This document shows positions 24,503 to 39,216 of a stretch of DNA of 64,000 bases, piece after piece. The translations under genes and the position numbers were made by a program. This DNA is from Octopus bimaculoides (taxonomy: Eukaryota), in NCBI RefSeq assembly GCF_001194135.2, contig NC_068988.1, positions 4,252,157 through 4,316,156 on the forward strand. The letters run 5' to 3'. The first letter of the stretch is position 1. Each line of letters opens with the position of its first letter. The notes under the pieces were generated by a model. The model saw nothing but the letters and a program-made list of their open reading frames with translations. It made no database searches and had not been told where the DNA came from.

Positions 24503-27500
24503 CATTCTATCAATTCTAAGACACACCAAAGTTTGGTTGTCTCTCACGCTTTTCTTCAATGATCATCTTACTGTTACTTCAACCACACATACACACACAT
24601 GCACACACCTCCTCTGTTGATGGTACAGTTTATCAGGTGCTGACTATCAAAAACACAAGATTAAAAAGCTTGTATACTGCTGATACATGGCAGACAATAC
24701 AGATGTTACACAAACGAACTTCAAAGAAATGCAAGGCCATTCATCAAAATGATAAAAACATTTCATTCACCCACATCTATAATAACAGGCCCACATCTGT
24801 GCTTTATTTTCTCTTGGCCACTTCCTATTGCAACAAATTCATCTTCTTTCAACAAACAAGTTTCATATGGCCACCACTCAACTTGGAACCTGTACGTAGT
24901 TTCTCAACTAGCCAGAAATAGCTGCAATATCTCCCTCATCTCAAACCTTACTGCCTTAAACAGGGGAAGCATGATGAATGATGTACTGTAATCTCAGTCA
25001 TTCACAGATTTATTCGATGACATTTGACTAATGATTCGACAACAATAACAATCAGTTCATACGTTTTCCTTCCCTTCCCAGTCCCCTCCCCTCTGCCACT
25101 CACCCATTGACCATAACCTTTCTTTTTCCTTGTTGTTCCATTCTCTAGAGTTTGGTGCTGCCTCTTTTTCTAGTTACTTTATTCTGGTTATTCATTGCTT
25201 CATAAGAGAAGTATTGGTGATACCCGAAGTCATTTTCGGATTCTTCAGAAGAAAGGTAAAGAAGAATCTACAGCTCATAGTTTGCAGCAATAGGAAGCCT
25301 GTGTTTGAAAGTAGCTTCAGAGTACATATCCAACCTGAATGATTGCAACAAAATTGCCTCAACTAAAAGCATGCAAACTTGAAGTAGGGGAGGGGTTGTT
25401 AAACTGGATAATGGGATAAGTCTACAACATTACTGTATTTTAATTATGGATTTGGTGCTAAACACATCCGCAGCCCATCTTCTGTTGCTAGCATGGACCT
25501 GCCCAGATTTAGGTTATGCATCAGTCACACCAACCTGATTGATCTAAGAACACCTGTGAGCATCATAAGGTGTGCTTCTCTCCTTCCACCTGTATAGAAA
25601 GAAAAGAGCCATTCTTGCTAGAAGCGACCATCTTTGTTATTTCAAACCTGCTCCTAGTTCTTCATTCATCTTCTAACTACATTAACTTTATTAAACTCTC
25701 CTAAATATCTTTAACTTTTAGTCAAAGATATCTTGCTAAGGTTCTGACCACTGTTTCACATTCTTAGATTAACTGATAACAACATCTATTACACCATTCT
25801 AAGATGGTAAATATTATTTGATAGCTAGAAGAAGGCAGGGCAGTGAAATTATTTTGGGAAATGGCTGTGCATTTGATTGGTGTTGTTCTTTGTTGAGATG
25901 TTATTGAAGAATCTGTCTGAAAGAAGTAGAAAAAGGGAATTAACATTTGGGAGGAAGGATTATGTCTTCTGTTGAGATAAGACACGAGTAGAAAAATAAA
26001 GCTTCGAAAAACAAACACACACATGCAGTAGCATCCACACATACACACACAAACACACACACGCAGTAGCATCCACACATGCACACATGCACACACACAC
26101 GCACGCACACACACACACACACACAAAATGAGATTACTGTTATTATTAAACGCTAGTATGTTATCTGAAAATACTGCTGTAAACAATGTCATTCATATTG
26201 AATGGGGAAAAAATTGCTAAACTGTAACAGATGACTACTATTGGGGAGTGAGTAGTTGAATGATGATGATGATGATATAGGAGGAGGGAGAGGGGAGAGG
26301 AAATTCCTTCAGGAGTACACAAACAGACACAAAATGACGAGACAAATAATATCCTAGAGATTAACTTCAGCTTAAAATCCCTGGGTGAATAAATGCTAAG
26401 CACAAAAATAGTGAGAAGCATTTTATTCTTATAACATGAAAAGTGTGAAAGATTTGGGCTGTGTCAAGAATTTGGCTTTGGTGCATTAGCTCTAGGAATG
26501 TTAACAATCTTGTATCTGTTGTCTCTAACATTGCATTAACAGTTTTCAATGGTGTGGTCTGTAACATCTAATTAAAAAGTAATGTTTAGTTATAAGACAA
26601 CATACTAGATTCATTGTCTGTTGCATTCCACTTTAAAAACTTCACTTTCTATTTGTTTAACCAACCATATCTGTGTAAATATTAAAGACTATTTCTTTAA
26701 ATTGTTTCTATAGAGTTGGGTTGTTTTATATTTTAGTACATTAACAGTCACATTTGATATTATTCCAAGTGAACCCATTTTTGACAGGGATATTTATAGC
26801 AAAATCTTGTCCTAGGTGCAGGCATGGTTGTAAAGCCTGGTTCAATGCTGGTTGTAAAGCAGTGGTAGGGGCCAAACACAAACATGCACACCCACCTTCC
26901 TAATGCCAGCCACTTGAAGAGTGGTTGGCATTAGGAAGGTGGGTGCTTTTTACATGTCACTGGCACAGGAGCCAGTCAAGCAGGACTGGCATTGATCACA
27001 TTAGGATAGTGCTTTTTATGTGCCACCATCATGGGAGTCAGTCAGTGAGTACTGGCATTGGCCACATTTAGATGGTATATACATATACATATACTTTTGT
27101 TATTTACACCACCTGTCCTCGTCTGTTGTTATTATTTGTATATTCTCCTACATATATATATATATATATATTCATATGCATGTGTGGTGTGTCTATATGT
27201 GTGTGTGCATGTGTGTGTTTGGCCCCTACCCCTGCTTTACAACCATCATTGATATGTTTATATCCCCTGTAACATAGCAAAAGTGACCAATAAAATAAGT
27301 GCCAGCTTTTAAAAAAATAAGTCCTGGGGTCAAGTCGTTCAACTAAAATTCTTCAAAGTGATGCCCCAGCTTGGCCGCATTCTAATGACTGAAGCAAGTA
27401 AACTATAAAAGACAAATAAAGATACAGTTGAGAATATTCAGTAGCCATTAGTCAAACATATGAAATTATTTCTAATATATTTATTTCTTAATTCTATATT

Positions 27501-28074
27501 TTTAAAACTTTAAATTAATATTTTGTTTTAAATTCTATATATTTATCAAATTACAATATTTCTTGATGTTTACAGCAAGATATATAGTCGTTGTTGTTGC
27601 TACTGCTGTTGTTAGATTCAAAACAAATCTGAGCTGACCTATGATCATAAGCATACCAGCCATGACCATCCTGTCTTTTTCCTCTTTAAAGTCTACCCAC
27701 AACCACAATATCCAATGTGTATGTCTTTTCTGAGATGACAGAATGTGATTAGGTGAGAGTTGACTGCTGTTTCTAGCAGGTTAAATGAGTTCAACAATAA
27801 AATGAGACTGGAATGTGCTTTTTATTCACATGGACAAAGGTAAATTACATTTAATATCATTATATTATATGAAAACATTGTAGTAGTAGAGTACTAGTGT
27901 GATATATTTAACATCTTCATCACGCTAAACGTCCACTTCTCCTTGCTTGCATGGGTCAGATGGAATTTTGTTGAGGTGGATTTTCTATGGCTGGATACCA
28001 GTCTTGTTGCCAGCTGTCACCTTTTTCCAAGAAAGGCAGTATTTCCTAATGGTCAGCCATGTATTCTTTGTGTG

Positions 28075-28109
<35 letters not shown>

Positions 28110-28265
28110 ATATACATATAGATACATCCATATATATATATATGTGTGTATATATGTGTACATATGCGTATTTACATATTATATACATATATAATGTATG
28201 TATATATATGTACATATGCATGTATATGTACATATATGTATGATATATACATGTATTTATGTATA

Positions 28266-28351
<86 letters not shown>

Positions 28352-28618
28352 GGAAAAGGTAAATTAAAAGAAATGTCTTCAGTTAAGAGAGAGTTAATTG
28401 GCCATGTCAAATGGGGTGAATTATTTAGAAGAAAGACCCATCAATATATTTTTACATTGATTTATTGATCAGCTGTCTGCACCTTTAGCAGAATTATTGA
28501 CATCCCTATCTACAGCTTCTCTCTTTCTGTCTCTCTATTCTCTAAACTTACCAATATAAACCAACCAGAGCAAACAACTGCAGTTGTTTCGAGTTGGTTT
28601 ATACTGGTAGAGTTTTAA

Positions 28619-28812
28619 GGCAGTGAACTAGCAGAATTGTTAGTATGCCGGGCAAAATGCTTAGCAGTATTTTGCCTGTCTGTACATTTTGAATTCAAAT
28701 TCCGCCGAGGTTGATAAATTAAGTACGAGTTGCATACGAGGATTAATCTAATCAACTGGCCCACTTTCCCAAAATTTCGGGCCTTGCACCTAGAGTAGAA
28801 AAGTATATTGGT
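28619..28812 (+). mobile_element. SINE family B
   Basis: ggcagtgaactagcagaattgttag...ttcaaattccgccgagg... Confidence 0.8.
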
Positions 28813-29883
28813 AGAGTTTTAGTATCTTGGCATTTTCAAGAAAGGAAGAACACATTGGATGTTGTTTGAATGCTTGAAGCGAAAGTACTGGATGCCTAAC
28901 TAGATTGTTTTTGATGAAGGAGTTGTATGATAAAGGCTGACTTGTGGTTAAACAAAACTAACCAACACATAATCACTTTTACCATAAGTATTCTTCTTCT
29001 TGCCCCACAATGGACAAAAAACTGCCACCTCTGCTAATTCCCCCATTTATTTGGCAGCTGCAGTTGAAAACAAAAAGGAAACCCTCATCTTTCTTACATT
29101 TAGTTGTGTTCTCTGTTGAATTGAAATTCTAAACAGAACTGCTGCACCTCCTGCCCCAAACCCCTAAGTCTACAGACTGTCTCCCATTCTTCCATCACCT
29201 TACATTTAATAATTCGTATTTGATAATGCACTTTCTTTGGTAGTCACCATTCTTTACTCTCTGACCCACTGCAAGCAGGATTTCTAATTGTTACAATCAT
29301 TCTCAAAAGTGGCAATGATCTCCAAAACCTTATGATCAAGAACTTTTCTATAATCCATATAAATTCAACCTCAGAAGCCCTGCCAACTCATTTATCCCTA
29401 ACACCACAGTCACAACTGGCCCCAAATCCCAGTTTCATCTCCTTAACAACTGCAGTGTCATCAACTGTATTTGTGAGCATTGCTTGCAAGCTCTGCAATG
29501 TGGTGTGTGTAAATAGACACAACAGATCTTAATTTAGATGACTTTTCCCAAAACATCTCCTTGTTGTCCTTAATAATGTCCACAAGTTTTCCAAAACTGT
29601 GACCCAAATCTTTGTCCTTTATTCAACAGACTACTTCTTGTCTTGTCCTTATCACATTTTCTCTCACACTTTCAATTACCAGGAATGTTTTATTTATCTC
29701 TTTCGCTTTACTTTTCTTAGCCGCAACAGCAAACACTGTCCTCTTAGTCTCCTTCCAGTATCTTCCAGTTGTAAGAAATCATGCATTTATTGTTTTTTAT
29801 TCCTTTCTCAGTGACCACAAATACAAGTTTCATAGGAAGAATGTGTACCACAGATAATTTCTCTCATGTATTGTTACTTCTAA

Positions 29884-29924
<41 letters not shown>

Positions 29925-31199
29925 ATCACTTTCATTATCCTTCATCTTTTACTCACTGGGTGTTATCCACAAGCAAACTGGACACACTGCATCAGACTTG
30001 TACAAGTTCCATAAACAAAGACCTTGAAATCTCCCAATTTGAATGTGAAAAACTAATCATTTCCAAAAGCGCTGCCAAATCAAGACATTAACTCTTTTGT
30101 TAGCATTGCATTTGTTTCAATTAATTTTGAAAACATTGAAGAATTTGGTAGAATAGCTGTCATTATTAAGCCGGTGTTTGGAACAAAATAACATGAAATT
30201 TTGATGGAGATTTGAATTTGATCATTTGAAAATATGGAGTCTGTATCAAAGAACTGGGGCAGTCGCAGGTGTGCTGGTATCAAAAAGGTTAAATGAAAGT
30301 TTATTCTGAGATAGACAAAGTGTGTACATAAGATCTAACCTACAGCTGGATATAAGCTGCAAGGGTTTTGAAGAATTATTTATATGGAAGTAGCAAAATA
30401 AAGATAAAAATAAAATAAAAAGCATATGGTAGTGTTATTGTTGTTTAGTCTACAAATAAACCATGATTCAGCTGACCTATGACATTCCACCCATGCCCAT
30501 CTTGTCAGTGTCATTTCTCAAGATATCCTTTGTTTTTCTTAAGTTGGTGGTGGGAGATTTGGCTGTTATTTCTACTGCATAAAAGTTAGCGAGTCACACA
30601 AACATATGAATGCCATGATTGTCTTTCGAAAAACTTACAGCTTACATATATAAAGATAGATATTTCAGCAATGAAATCGTTTTTTGGAATATTTCAAAAA
30701 ATTGAATGCCACAGTAGATATTTGGAACCTAATAGTTTCCTTGCCTGATGTGACACTATATTTACCATTATTAAATTCCTGACCTTTGGAAGAGAAACCG
30801 AGCATTTTAAGTTCCAACCTCTTCTCTTAGATTGATCAGTTCTTGTACAATTAATGTGTGTGTTATTGTAAAAAATTTTCTAATTGACCCCAGAGAGACT
30901 AGAAAAGATTAAGCATTATCATTTAACACAATAACAATTAAAAATCATTTTGTTTGTTAGGCAGAGAATAACATTGAAATTCTACCCATCCGCAGACAAA
31001 TATCCATAATCGGCTTTCGGTTGAAGTTTATCCAGTTCTGTCTCATCTTTCATTTTGCTGAGACACACTCAAGTGATTAGTGCAAGAGGCTTTAGAGAAT
31101 TGTTGCAGATAATCTCAAATGGTCAGTTGGCAGGCTTCACCGTCTCACAGAAGTCATGCTGCTCATGATACATTTATTGTCAGCATAATAACAAGCAGG

Positions 31200-31993
31200 G
31201 CAATGATGGAGTTGAAGATGATGATGATGATGGTGATGAGGGTTGTGATGGTAGTGCTGGTGGTGGTGGTGACGATGATGATGGTGAAGCGGAGGAAGAA
31301 GAGGAAGACGAGGGATATTGATATGATTGACGAGACTGGCATAGCTACCATTTGTAAATATAGTTGCTCATAGTTTTAGTTCAGACAGTATTATTCCTGA
31401 TTATCACATTATTGCTACAACAATGATTTTCATGAAATTGATGACGACGATGATGATGATGATGATGATGATGGAATTAAATGAGAACAATAGTCATCGT
31501 CAATATTATTTTTTAATTATAAATTTCTTCTTCTTCTTCTTCGTTGTTGTAGTGGACATGGTACACCCCTCTCACGGGACAAGTGGTATGATCCAACCAA
31601 TATAAGGTGAGACAACGTCAACCAGTACAGCGAGTCGTGTGTCAGTTCTTAGCTGGAGTTAAGTGTCAGTTACATGCTATAGTCGAGTTCAAGTCACAGC
31701 CAAGGTAGCCAGTTCAAATTCAGTGTCTTGCATAGCTATCAGTGATGGCACGATAGACAAAGTGTGGAAAACATCACATCATATCATTGTTGTTGTTGTT
31801 GTTGTTGTTCTTCTTCTTCTTCTTCTTCTTCTTCTTTTTCTTCGTCTTCTTCCTCCTCCTCCTCCTCCTTCTTCTTCTCCATGTTCCTACATACAACTGA
31901 CCAGTCCAAAGTTTCCCCACTTGGTAGAGTGAATATTAACCTGACCATATGCCATAATGAGGACAGTGATGTTAATTATAATAAAAATAGCGC

Positions 31994-32026
<33 letters not shown>

Positions 32027-32062
32027 CAACAATGAGGAGGAGGAGGGGGAGGAGGAGGATGG
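31200..32062. repeat. Compound trinucleotide island (GAT, GGT, TTC, GTT, CTT, CCT, GAG)
   Basis: Direct read; explains the low-complexity ORFs in the track. Confidence 0.9.
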
Positions 32063-32395
32063 TTAAATCAATCAGCATTTGCTCTTACTCTTACTATCAC
32101 TCACAAGGCTCTGTGTTTTGTTTGGTTAATTTCTACCTCTAATCTATATTCACCAATTATATATAAAAAAAAAGGAAAAAATAGAAAGAAATGCAAATTT
32201 ATTGAAAAATAAATAAATAAAGGAGAGAAAAAAACTGCATAGAAAATATTTTTGAAGAAATTAGACATTCATTTGTATTCTGACTCTGACCATTTAGTTG
32301 TTTAATAGTTCATGATGGTAATACATAATATGCGAGCTGGAGATAAATTGTTAAAGAAGTGCAGTATAGACATGTGTGTGTGTATGGGCATATAC

Positions 32396-32481
<86 letters not shown>

Positions 32482-33164
32482 ACACACACATGCATGTGTA
32501 TATATTTATATACATACATACATATATATATATATATATGTATATGTATGTATTTATGTATGTATGTATATATGTATATATATGCAGACATATATTCATA
32601 TGTATGTATGAATGTATATACAGAGAGACACAGACAGATAGTCAGCACCCAGGAATGGATGCTGTTTGGAAACTGTTATATGTGGACAATCTGATTCTCA
32701 GAATGGAACAGTCTGAGGAACAGCAGAAGAACATTTCAAAAAAAAAAATCAACATATTGCTAATTGGTATCAAAATATTAAATTTCCTTTATCTCTAGGA
32801 AGTAGTCTTGCTCAATATGCAAGATTGAGATAAGAACTCAATACTGTGCACTCAATACCAATAAATTGGTGCTCAAACGATACTTCATGCAAATTGATAT
32901 ATAATTAGGGGAATTTAGGTGTGTTTTTTTATTGTAACCTTTCAATCTTCCAAAGGCTGCCGTGCAACTTGTTACTGAACAAGCTGCACAGATGATTTGT
33001 CTATAACAATCAAATGTTTGTGCCGTATGTTAGCTCACTCCCTCCTCCATCAAATTGACATTCCCTATACAGATGTATAATGTGTTACACGTCAGATGTT
33101 GAAGTGATTGCAGAACAATGTGAGATGAATTGCTTTGCTTAACACCCTGCTCAGCCCAGGAATC

Positions 33165-33849
33165 NNNNNNNNNNNNNNNNNNNNNNNNNNNNNNNNNNNN
33201 NNNNNNNNNNNNNNNNNNNNNNNNNNNNNNNNNNNNNNNNNNNNNNNNNNNNNNNNNNNNNNNNNNNNNNNNNNNNNNNNNNNNNNNNNNNNNNNNNNNN
33301 NNNNNNNNNNNNNNNNNNNNNNNNNNNNNNNNNNNNNNNNNNNNNNNNNNNNNNNNNNNNNNNNNNNNNNNNNNNNNNNNNNNNNNNNNNNNNNNNNNNN
33401 NNNNNNNNNNNNNNNNNNNNNNNNNNNNNNNNNNNNNNNNNNNNNNNNNNNNNNNNNNNNNNNNNNNNNNNNNNNNNNNNNNNNNNNNNNNNNNNNNNNN
33501 NNNNNNNNNNNNNNNNNNNNNNNNNNNNNNNNNNNNNNNNNNNNNNNNNNNNNNNNNNNNNNNNNNNNNNNNNNNNNNNNNNNNNNNNNNNNNNNNNNNN
33601 NNNNNNNNNNNNNNNNNNNNNNNNNNNNNNNNNNNNNNNNNNNNNNNNNNNNNNNNNNNNNNNNNNNNNNNNNNNNNNNNNNNNNNNNNNNNNNNNNNNN
33701 NNNNNNNNNNNNNNNNNNNNNNNNNNNNNNNNNNNNNNNNNNNNNNNNNNNNNNNNNNNNNNNNNNNNNNNNNNNNNNNNNNNNNNNNNNNNNNNNNNNN
33801 NNNNNNNNNNNNNNNNNNNNNNNNNNNNNNNNNNNNNNNNNNNNNNNNN
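33165..33849. other. Assembly gap. Others: 24446-24455, 35985-36610, 38839-38848, 39969-40505, 43327-44262, 51150-51360, 54775-54784
   Basis: Runs of N. Confidence 1.
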
Positions 33850-35454
33850 TAAAGACATCATTTGCCATATTCCAAAGAGACTTTAGCACTGAGAGAGATG
33901 TTATCCACATGGAAACATACAATATGCTGCCAGTTGAAGGTAATTAGGAGGAAAATGATCAACGAAAATACCAGATGTGGTGAGGTCAGACTCAAAATAT
34001 TCATAAATGAAATAAAGTAGAACAAAGAAGAGAGTGACATATATGACAGGTACATTGTGGGACAATAGTAACTTGTAAAAATAAAAGAGAATACTAATAT
34101 TTCATTTTTGCAGAATATCATATTCTTTAAAAGATATCCATTGATTAATTTAGAAAAAACTCAAATAGCGCCAGACAATTTTCTTAATTCATTTACAGTT
34201 TTCAAAAGACTGAAACATAATGCCAAGTTTAGATTTTAGTAATTTGAGTTGTTTAAATATATTTACAGAATATTATATGGAAATTTCTGAAAATTTTTGT
34301 GAATTTTATTGTTATTCAACATGTATATTGTAACCGTTATATACTGTAATGATATTTTAAGTGTAACAATATATATATAATATATAATATTAACTATACC
34401 TATATATAGCCTTGGTCTTGTTGTCTCATTTTATTTAACACACACACACACACACATATGAACTACCAAGAAGGTTTATGAGTAGCACGGTAATTTATGT
34501 TTCCGCTTAACCTAGGAATGGAAAATGAAATTGAAGCCTGGTTATTGGGAAGGTCATTGCACTTTAATGATCATAAGTTTGCAACCAATGCCAAGTACAG
34601 CTACTAAAGTGTTTTGGGAGTAGATTATAGATAAGGACTACACAATATACTTGTTTTACAGGAAAGCAAAAACTTTTTGTTAGAAACAGCCACATAAATG
34701 GTGTAATGAAATTGAAGAAGGACATTGAAACTTTCCCTCTGCAAGTTTATTTTTTTCAACAGCAAAGGGAACTATTTTTCAGAGAGATAAGCTAACAAAA
34801 GTCCCTTTATTCTGTCCTCCCTCATAGCCTGCACATAAACTAACAGTGAATGCCGCATAAAGTTAAATGGCATGAAGCTTCTGAAAGATACGTATAGCTT
34901 TTGCTAGTGGAAGCAAAACACAGTGGAGTTATGATGTAAGCATGTGTTAAAACCCTCATAACTTTTTTATTTTTACAAATTTTTAGAAAAGTTTATCGAT
35001 TCTGTCTTCTGCAGAATGGAATCAATACGATTATAAAAAAAAAAAAATTTTAATTCCCCACCCTGCTGGCTGTTTTCTCCATTTCTGCATGTCTAGGTTT
35101 ATAGTGAAACAGCAAAAGGATCACGGCATGTGAAGCCCTCACCAGGAAACTCGATTTGCTAAAAATAACAGCTAAATGTTTGGAGAAGTTTTGTGTTTGT
35201 GTGTGCACGCATGCAACAATTTCTACAGCTTATCCGAATGAACAGAGAAAGAAGTACACAGAAATATATTTTACACACGTGTCATATACATCGGTTCTGT
35301 TTTCTCACTTTAAAGGTAAACGATTCTGATAGACACAATTACCTTGCTGTCAATTCATTGGATTAATCCCAAGAAAAATATTACAAGTTTAGTCACTGGC
35401 TCAGCACCTCTGTTTGTCTTCTTCATTCCAAAATAATAAAAACTTTAACACAAT

Positions 35455-35625
35455 AGGAGTGGCTGTGTGGTAAGAAGCTTGCTTCACAACCACATAGTTC
35501 TGGGTTCAGTCCCACTGTGTGACACCTTGGGCAAGTGTCTTCCACTATAGCCTCGGGCTAACCGATGTCTTGTGAGTGGATTTGGTAGATGGAAACTGAA
35601 AGAGGATTGTTGTATGTATATATAC
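35455..35625 (+). mobile_element. SINE family A head
   Basis: aggagtggctgtgtggtaagaag (A-box-like), gggttcagtccc (B-box-like), caccttgggcaagtgtcttc core. Confidence 0.85.
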
Positions 35626-36623
35626 ATATAAGCAATGTTAATTCTCTAAATGAAGTATTAACAGTAACTGCACGATAAAGTGTAGTATATTACCACTTAA
35701 GTGTGGCTGACCCCTAGGGGTGGATGTTACTGTTGCTTTTAGCCCCAGGAGGACATCTCCTCCAGCTGGCTTATCGACACACGACTGTGTCCTGTTTGCC
35801 AAGGGAAGTTATCCCTCTCACCTCGATCTGCAGCACGAACGTATCCGGATTTCAGGGTTATTTCCCTTCGTCGGCGTCCGACAGCTGATGACCTTGGTGA
35901 GAGAGACAAAAACCTGGCAAACTTATATCTTCTTTTCCAGTGAAATTCTTCACTGATATTGAAAAGGTGAAAACAAGCAATGTTNNNNNNNNNNNNNNNN
36001 NNNNNNNNNNNNNNNNNNNNNNNNNNNNNNNNNNNNNNNNNNNNNNNNNNNNNNNNNNNNNNNNNNNNNNNNNNNNNNNNNNNNNNNNNNNNNNNNNNNN
36101 NNNNNNNNNNNNNNNNNNNNNNNNNNNNNNNNNNNNNNNNNNNNNNNNNNNNNNNNNNNNNNNNNNNNNNNNNNNNNNNNNNNNNNNNNNNNNNNNNNNN
36201 NNNNNNNNNNNNNNNNNNNNNNNNNNNNNNNNNNNNNNNNNNNNNNNNNNNNNNNNNNNNNNNNNNNNNNNNNNNNNNNNNNNNNNNNNNNNNNNNNNNN
36301 NNNNNNNNNNNNNNNNNNNNNNNNNNNNNNNNNNNNNNNNNNNNNNNNNNNNNNNNNNNNNNNNNNNNNNNNNNNNNNNNNNNNNNNNNNNNNNNNNNNN
36401 NNNNNNNNNNNNNNNNNNNNNNNNNNNNNNNNNNNNNNNNNNNNNNNNNNNNNNNNNNNNNNNNNNNNNNNNNNNNNNNNNNNNNNNNNNNNNNNNNNNN
36501 NNNNNNNNNNNNNNNNNNNNNNNNNNNNNNNNNNNNNNNNNNNNNNNNNNNNNNNNNNNNNNNNNNNNNNNNNNNNNNNNNNNNNNNNNNNNNNNNNNNN
36601 NNNNNNNNNNATATATATATATA

Positions 36624-37026
36624 TATAAAGATAAATTAAATATAGAGATATTCTATTGACAATCCAATAATATATGTATATACAATATTACATTGAATAC
36701 TATGAATATAATATATAACATAATATTATATAAATAATTATAAAAACCAGACATTAGAATTAATTTTTAGAATCCAGCCGTCCTTTCAAATGGAATTTCA
36801 TCTTTCTGAACCAAGGACCCTGAAATGACTATATATATAATGGAACTGTGAATATGTATATCAGAAAAAATATAAGTCGAAACAATTTGTTGGCCTTTTA
36901 TGGATTTTATAATTATTTATATAATATTATGTTATGTTATATTCATAGTATTTAATGTAATATTGTAATATAAATAAATTATTGGATTTTTCAATAGAAT
37001 ATCTCTATATTTAATTTATCTTTATA
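36624..37026. repeat. AT-rich foldback: ~125-bp arms, ~150-bp spacer
   Basis: tataaagataaattaaatatagagatattctattga... mirrored by ...tcaatagaatatctctatatttaatttatctttata. Confidence 0.9.
36813..36898 (+). ncRNA. Hammerhead relic in the foldback spacer (lacks G8)
   Basis: AAGGACC-CUGAA(-)A-U-GACUAUAU...AUAUAAGUC-GAAA-CAAUUUGU-U-GGCCUUU; stems I, II and III all close, with one mismatch in stem I. Confidence 0.55.
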
Positions 37027-37128
37027 ATTGAATTATACCAATATTTATCTGGTATCCAACTGAAGTGCCAGTGAACTGGATGTTTAACACACCCCTTTGA
37101 AGGATTTCTTTTCTTCAGTTTGTTACCT

Positions 37129-37179
<51 letters not shown>

Positions 37180-37191
<12 letters not shown>

Positions 37192-37400
37192 ATATGTTTG
37201 TGTGCCTGTATCTATGCTCCCACCATCACTTGACAACCAATGTTGGTGTGTTTATATCCCCATTATCTAGCAGTTTGGCAAAAGAGACAGATAGAATAAG
37301 TACTAGGCTTACAAAGAATAAGTCTTGGGGTTGATTCGTTCAACTAAAAGTGGCACTCCTGCATGGCCACAATCAAATGAGTGAAACAAGTAAAAGAATT
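37180..37400 (+). mobile_element. SINE family A tail
   Basis: caccatcacttgacaacc...gaaacaagtaaaaga. Confidence 0.8.
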
Positions 37401-38255
37401 TAAATCTTTACGAAAATGGGGAAGTCTATTGCTTGACACGTGACAGCTCAATGGTTGCAGCAATATCTCAGGGTGATACAACCAGTAACTGTTGTCGTGA
37501 TTCATTTAAACTGTAGATGTAATAACAAGGATTAGTGGTTCTAATGATGCAGCTCAGCTCAATGTCGGGTCTATTGAAACAGCCAAGAGGTGGTTGTCAT
37601 GAGAACACAACTTATTCTTGGTTGTAATACAACAAATGTGGAGTTGAAATGAGACTTCAATGATGGCTGTAATATCACAATACAATGTTAATTACAAACT
37701 TGATAAAGTTTTATGTGAAGTTATTCTTTTTTATATTCCCTAGGAATTTCCGGCTTTCCAATTTTCTAGTCTTTAATCTCTGTAACATCTCCTGGTTCTC
37801 TGGTACAACTCCTCTGTTGTTTTCCCTTGCAGCTCCTTCAAGCCATTCATCAATGGATTCCTATGCATCGATCCAGCCATTAACTAACAATTCTCATAGA
37901 TTTATTTTGATTTTTCTCATATATTTTTTTGAAATAATTTCATTTCAGTTCAATTTATTTTAGAGATCTTTTATCTCCACATTTCTGTTTAAATGGACGT
38001 TTTGAGCTGTAGACATTTCTTTTTGAACATCTTTCAGGAGTTGGATATTTATATTTGAGAATGTCTGTGAGTGCATGTGTGATGTCTGCAGTGTGTGTGT
38101 ATGTGTGTGTGTGTGTGTGTCTGTGTGTGTGTGTTTGTGTGTGTGTGTGTTTGTGTATGTGTGTATTTGTGTGTGTGTGTGTGTGTGTTTGTATGTGTGT
38201 GTTTGTGTGTGTGTGTATTTGTGTATGTGTATTTGTGTGCGTGTGTGTGCGTGCG

Positions 38256-38314
<59 letters not shown>

Positions 38315-38349
38315 GGCAGTGGTTGGTCATATAATGTATGTTGACACAT

Positions 38350-38790
38350 TTATCCATTTCTTTTGGCTCGTATTATAAATAAGTTGTTTAGAGTAACTGT
38401 TCCTATTCAGCCTGAAAGATGTAATTTTTGCTTGAAACCTACCCACAAAACCAAATCCATTTGATACTGAGATTATAGGAGAAACTTGCTACATATGTTT
38501 TGGGAAGAAAAAGATTAAGAAATAATGTTCTTCTGGAATAGATCCTGGTACCAACTTTCTTCAATCTTTTATCAGTGACATGTCTGCAACAAGCTCCTTT
38601 AAATTTAGATACACAAATGATGTAACCATAAATTAAACATCCAGTTTATAAAGGTTTTCTGGTGCTATTTAGAACATTGATGACATCTATTCCATCCCAA
38701 CAACAATTATGCAAATCAAAACTCAGACAAATACCACAAATACCTCGGAGAATTACATTTGGTAGACGATGATAAAAGGGAGGCATCAGG
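38350..38790 (+). pseudogene. Decayed non-LTR RT fragment (I-group/Ingi-like, tentative)
   Basis: ILVPTFFNL/ISDMSATSSFKFRYTNDVTI resembles GSVLAPTLFN.Y..D...YADD; KYLG follows downstream. Confidence 0.55.
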
Positions 38791-39216
38791 CTTTGCAAAA
38801 TGTTGTTTACAAATTCATTCTATCTTATCTAGAAATAANNNNNNNNNNTATATATATATATATATATATATGTAAATAATATATTTGTATGTATATACAC
38901 ACGAACACACATTATATTCAGTAATGTTACTTATAACCATGTGCGTTTGTATCTCTATAATATAGAAACATCACATGATATGTTTAATTCATTAACAATT
39001 CTATTTACATATTTTCTGCAAACACCTGCAATATTACTTTCCGTTTTATCAATGGGAGCTACATTAACATATTTCTGATGTAACACCTTTAAATAGAATA
39101 TTACAGTAAAGCCATTCAAAAACACCCACATCTATATACATATTTATCATATTTATTATACACTGAAACACATACAAATATATATATATATATATATGAT
39201 GATAGCAATAATAATG

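Noticed and set aside
35701-35795. HDV-like ribozyme (G-U-started P1 GGCUG/CAGCU followed by GG; AGGACA/UGUCCU)
   Set aside because: No room for P3/L3, and no catalytic C-x-R-A linker in register
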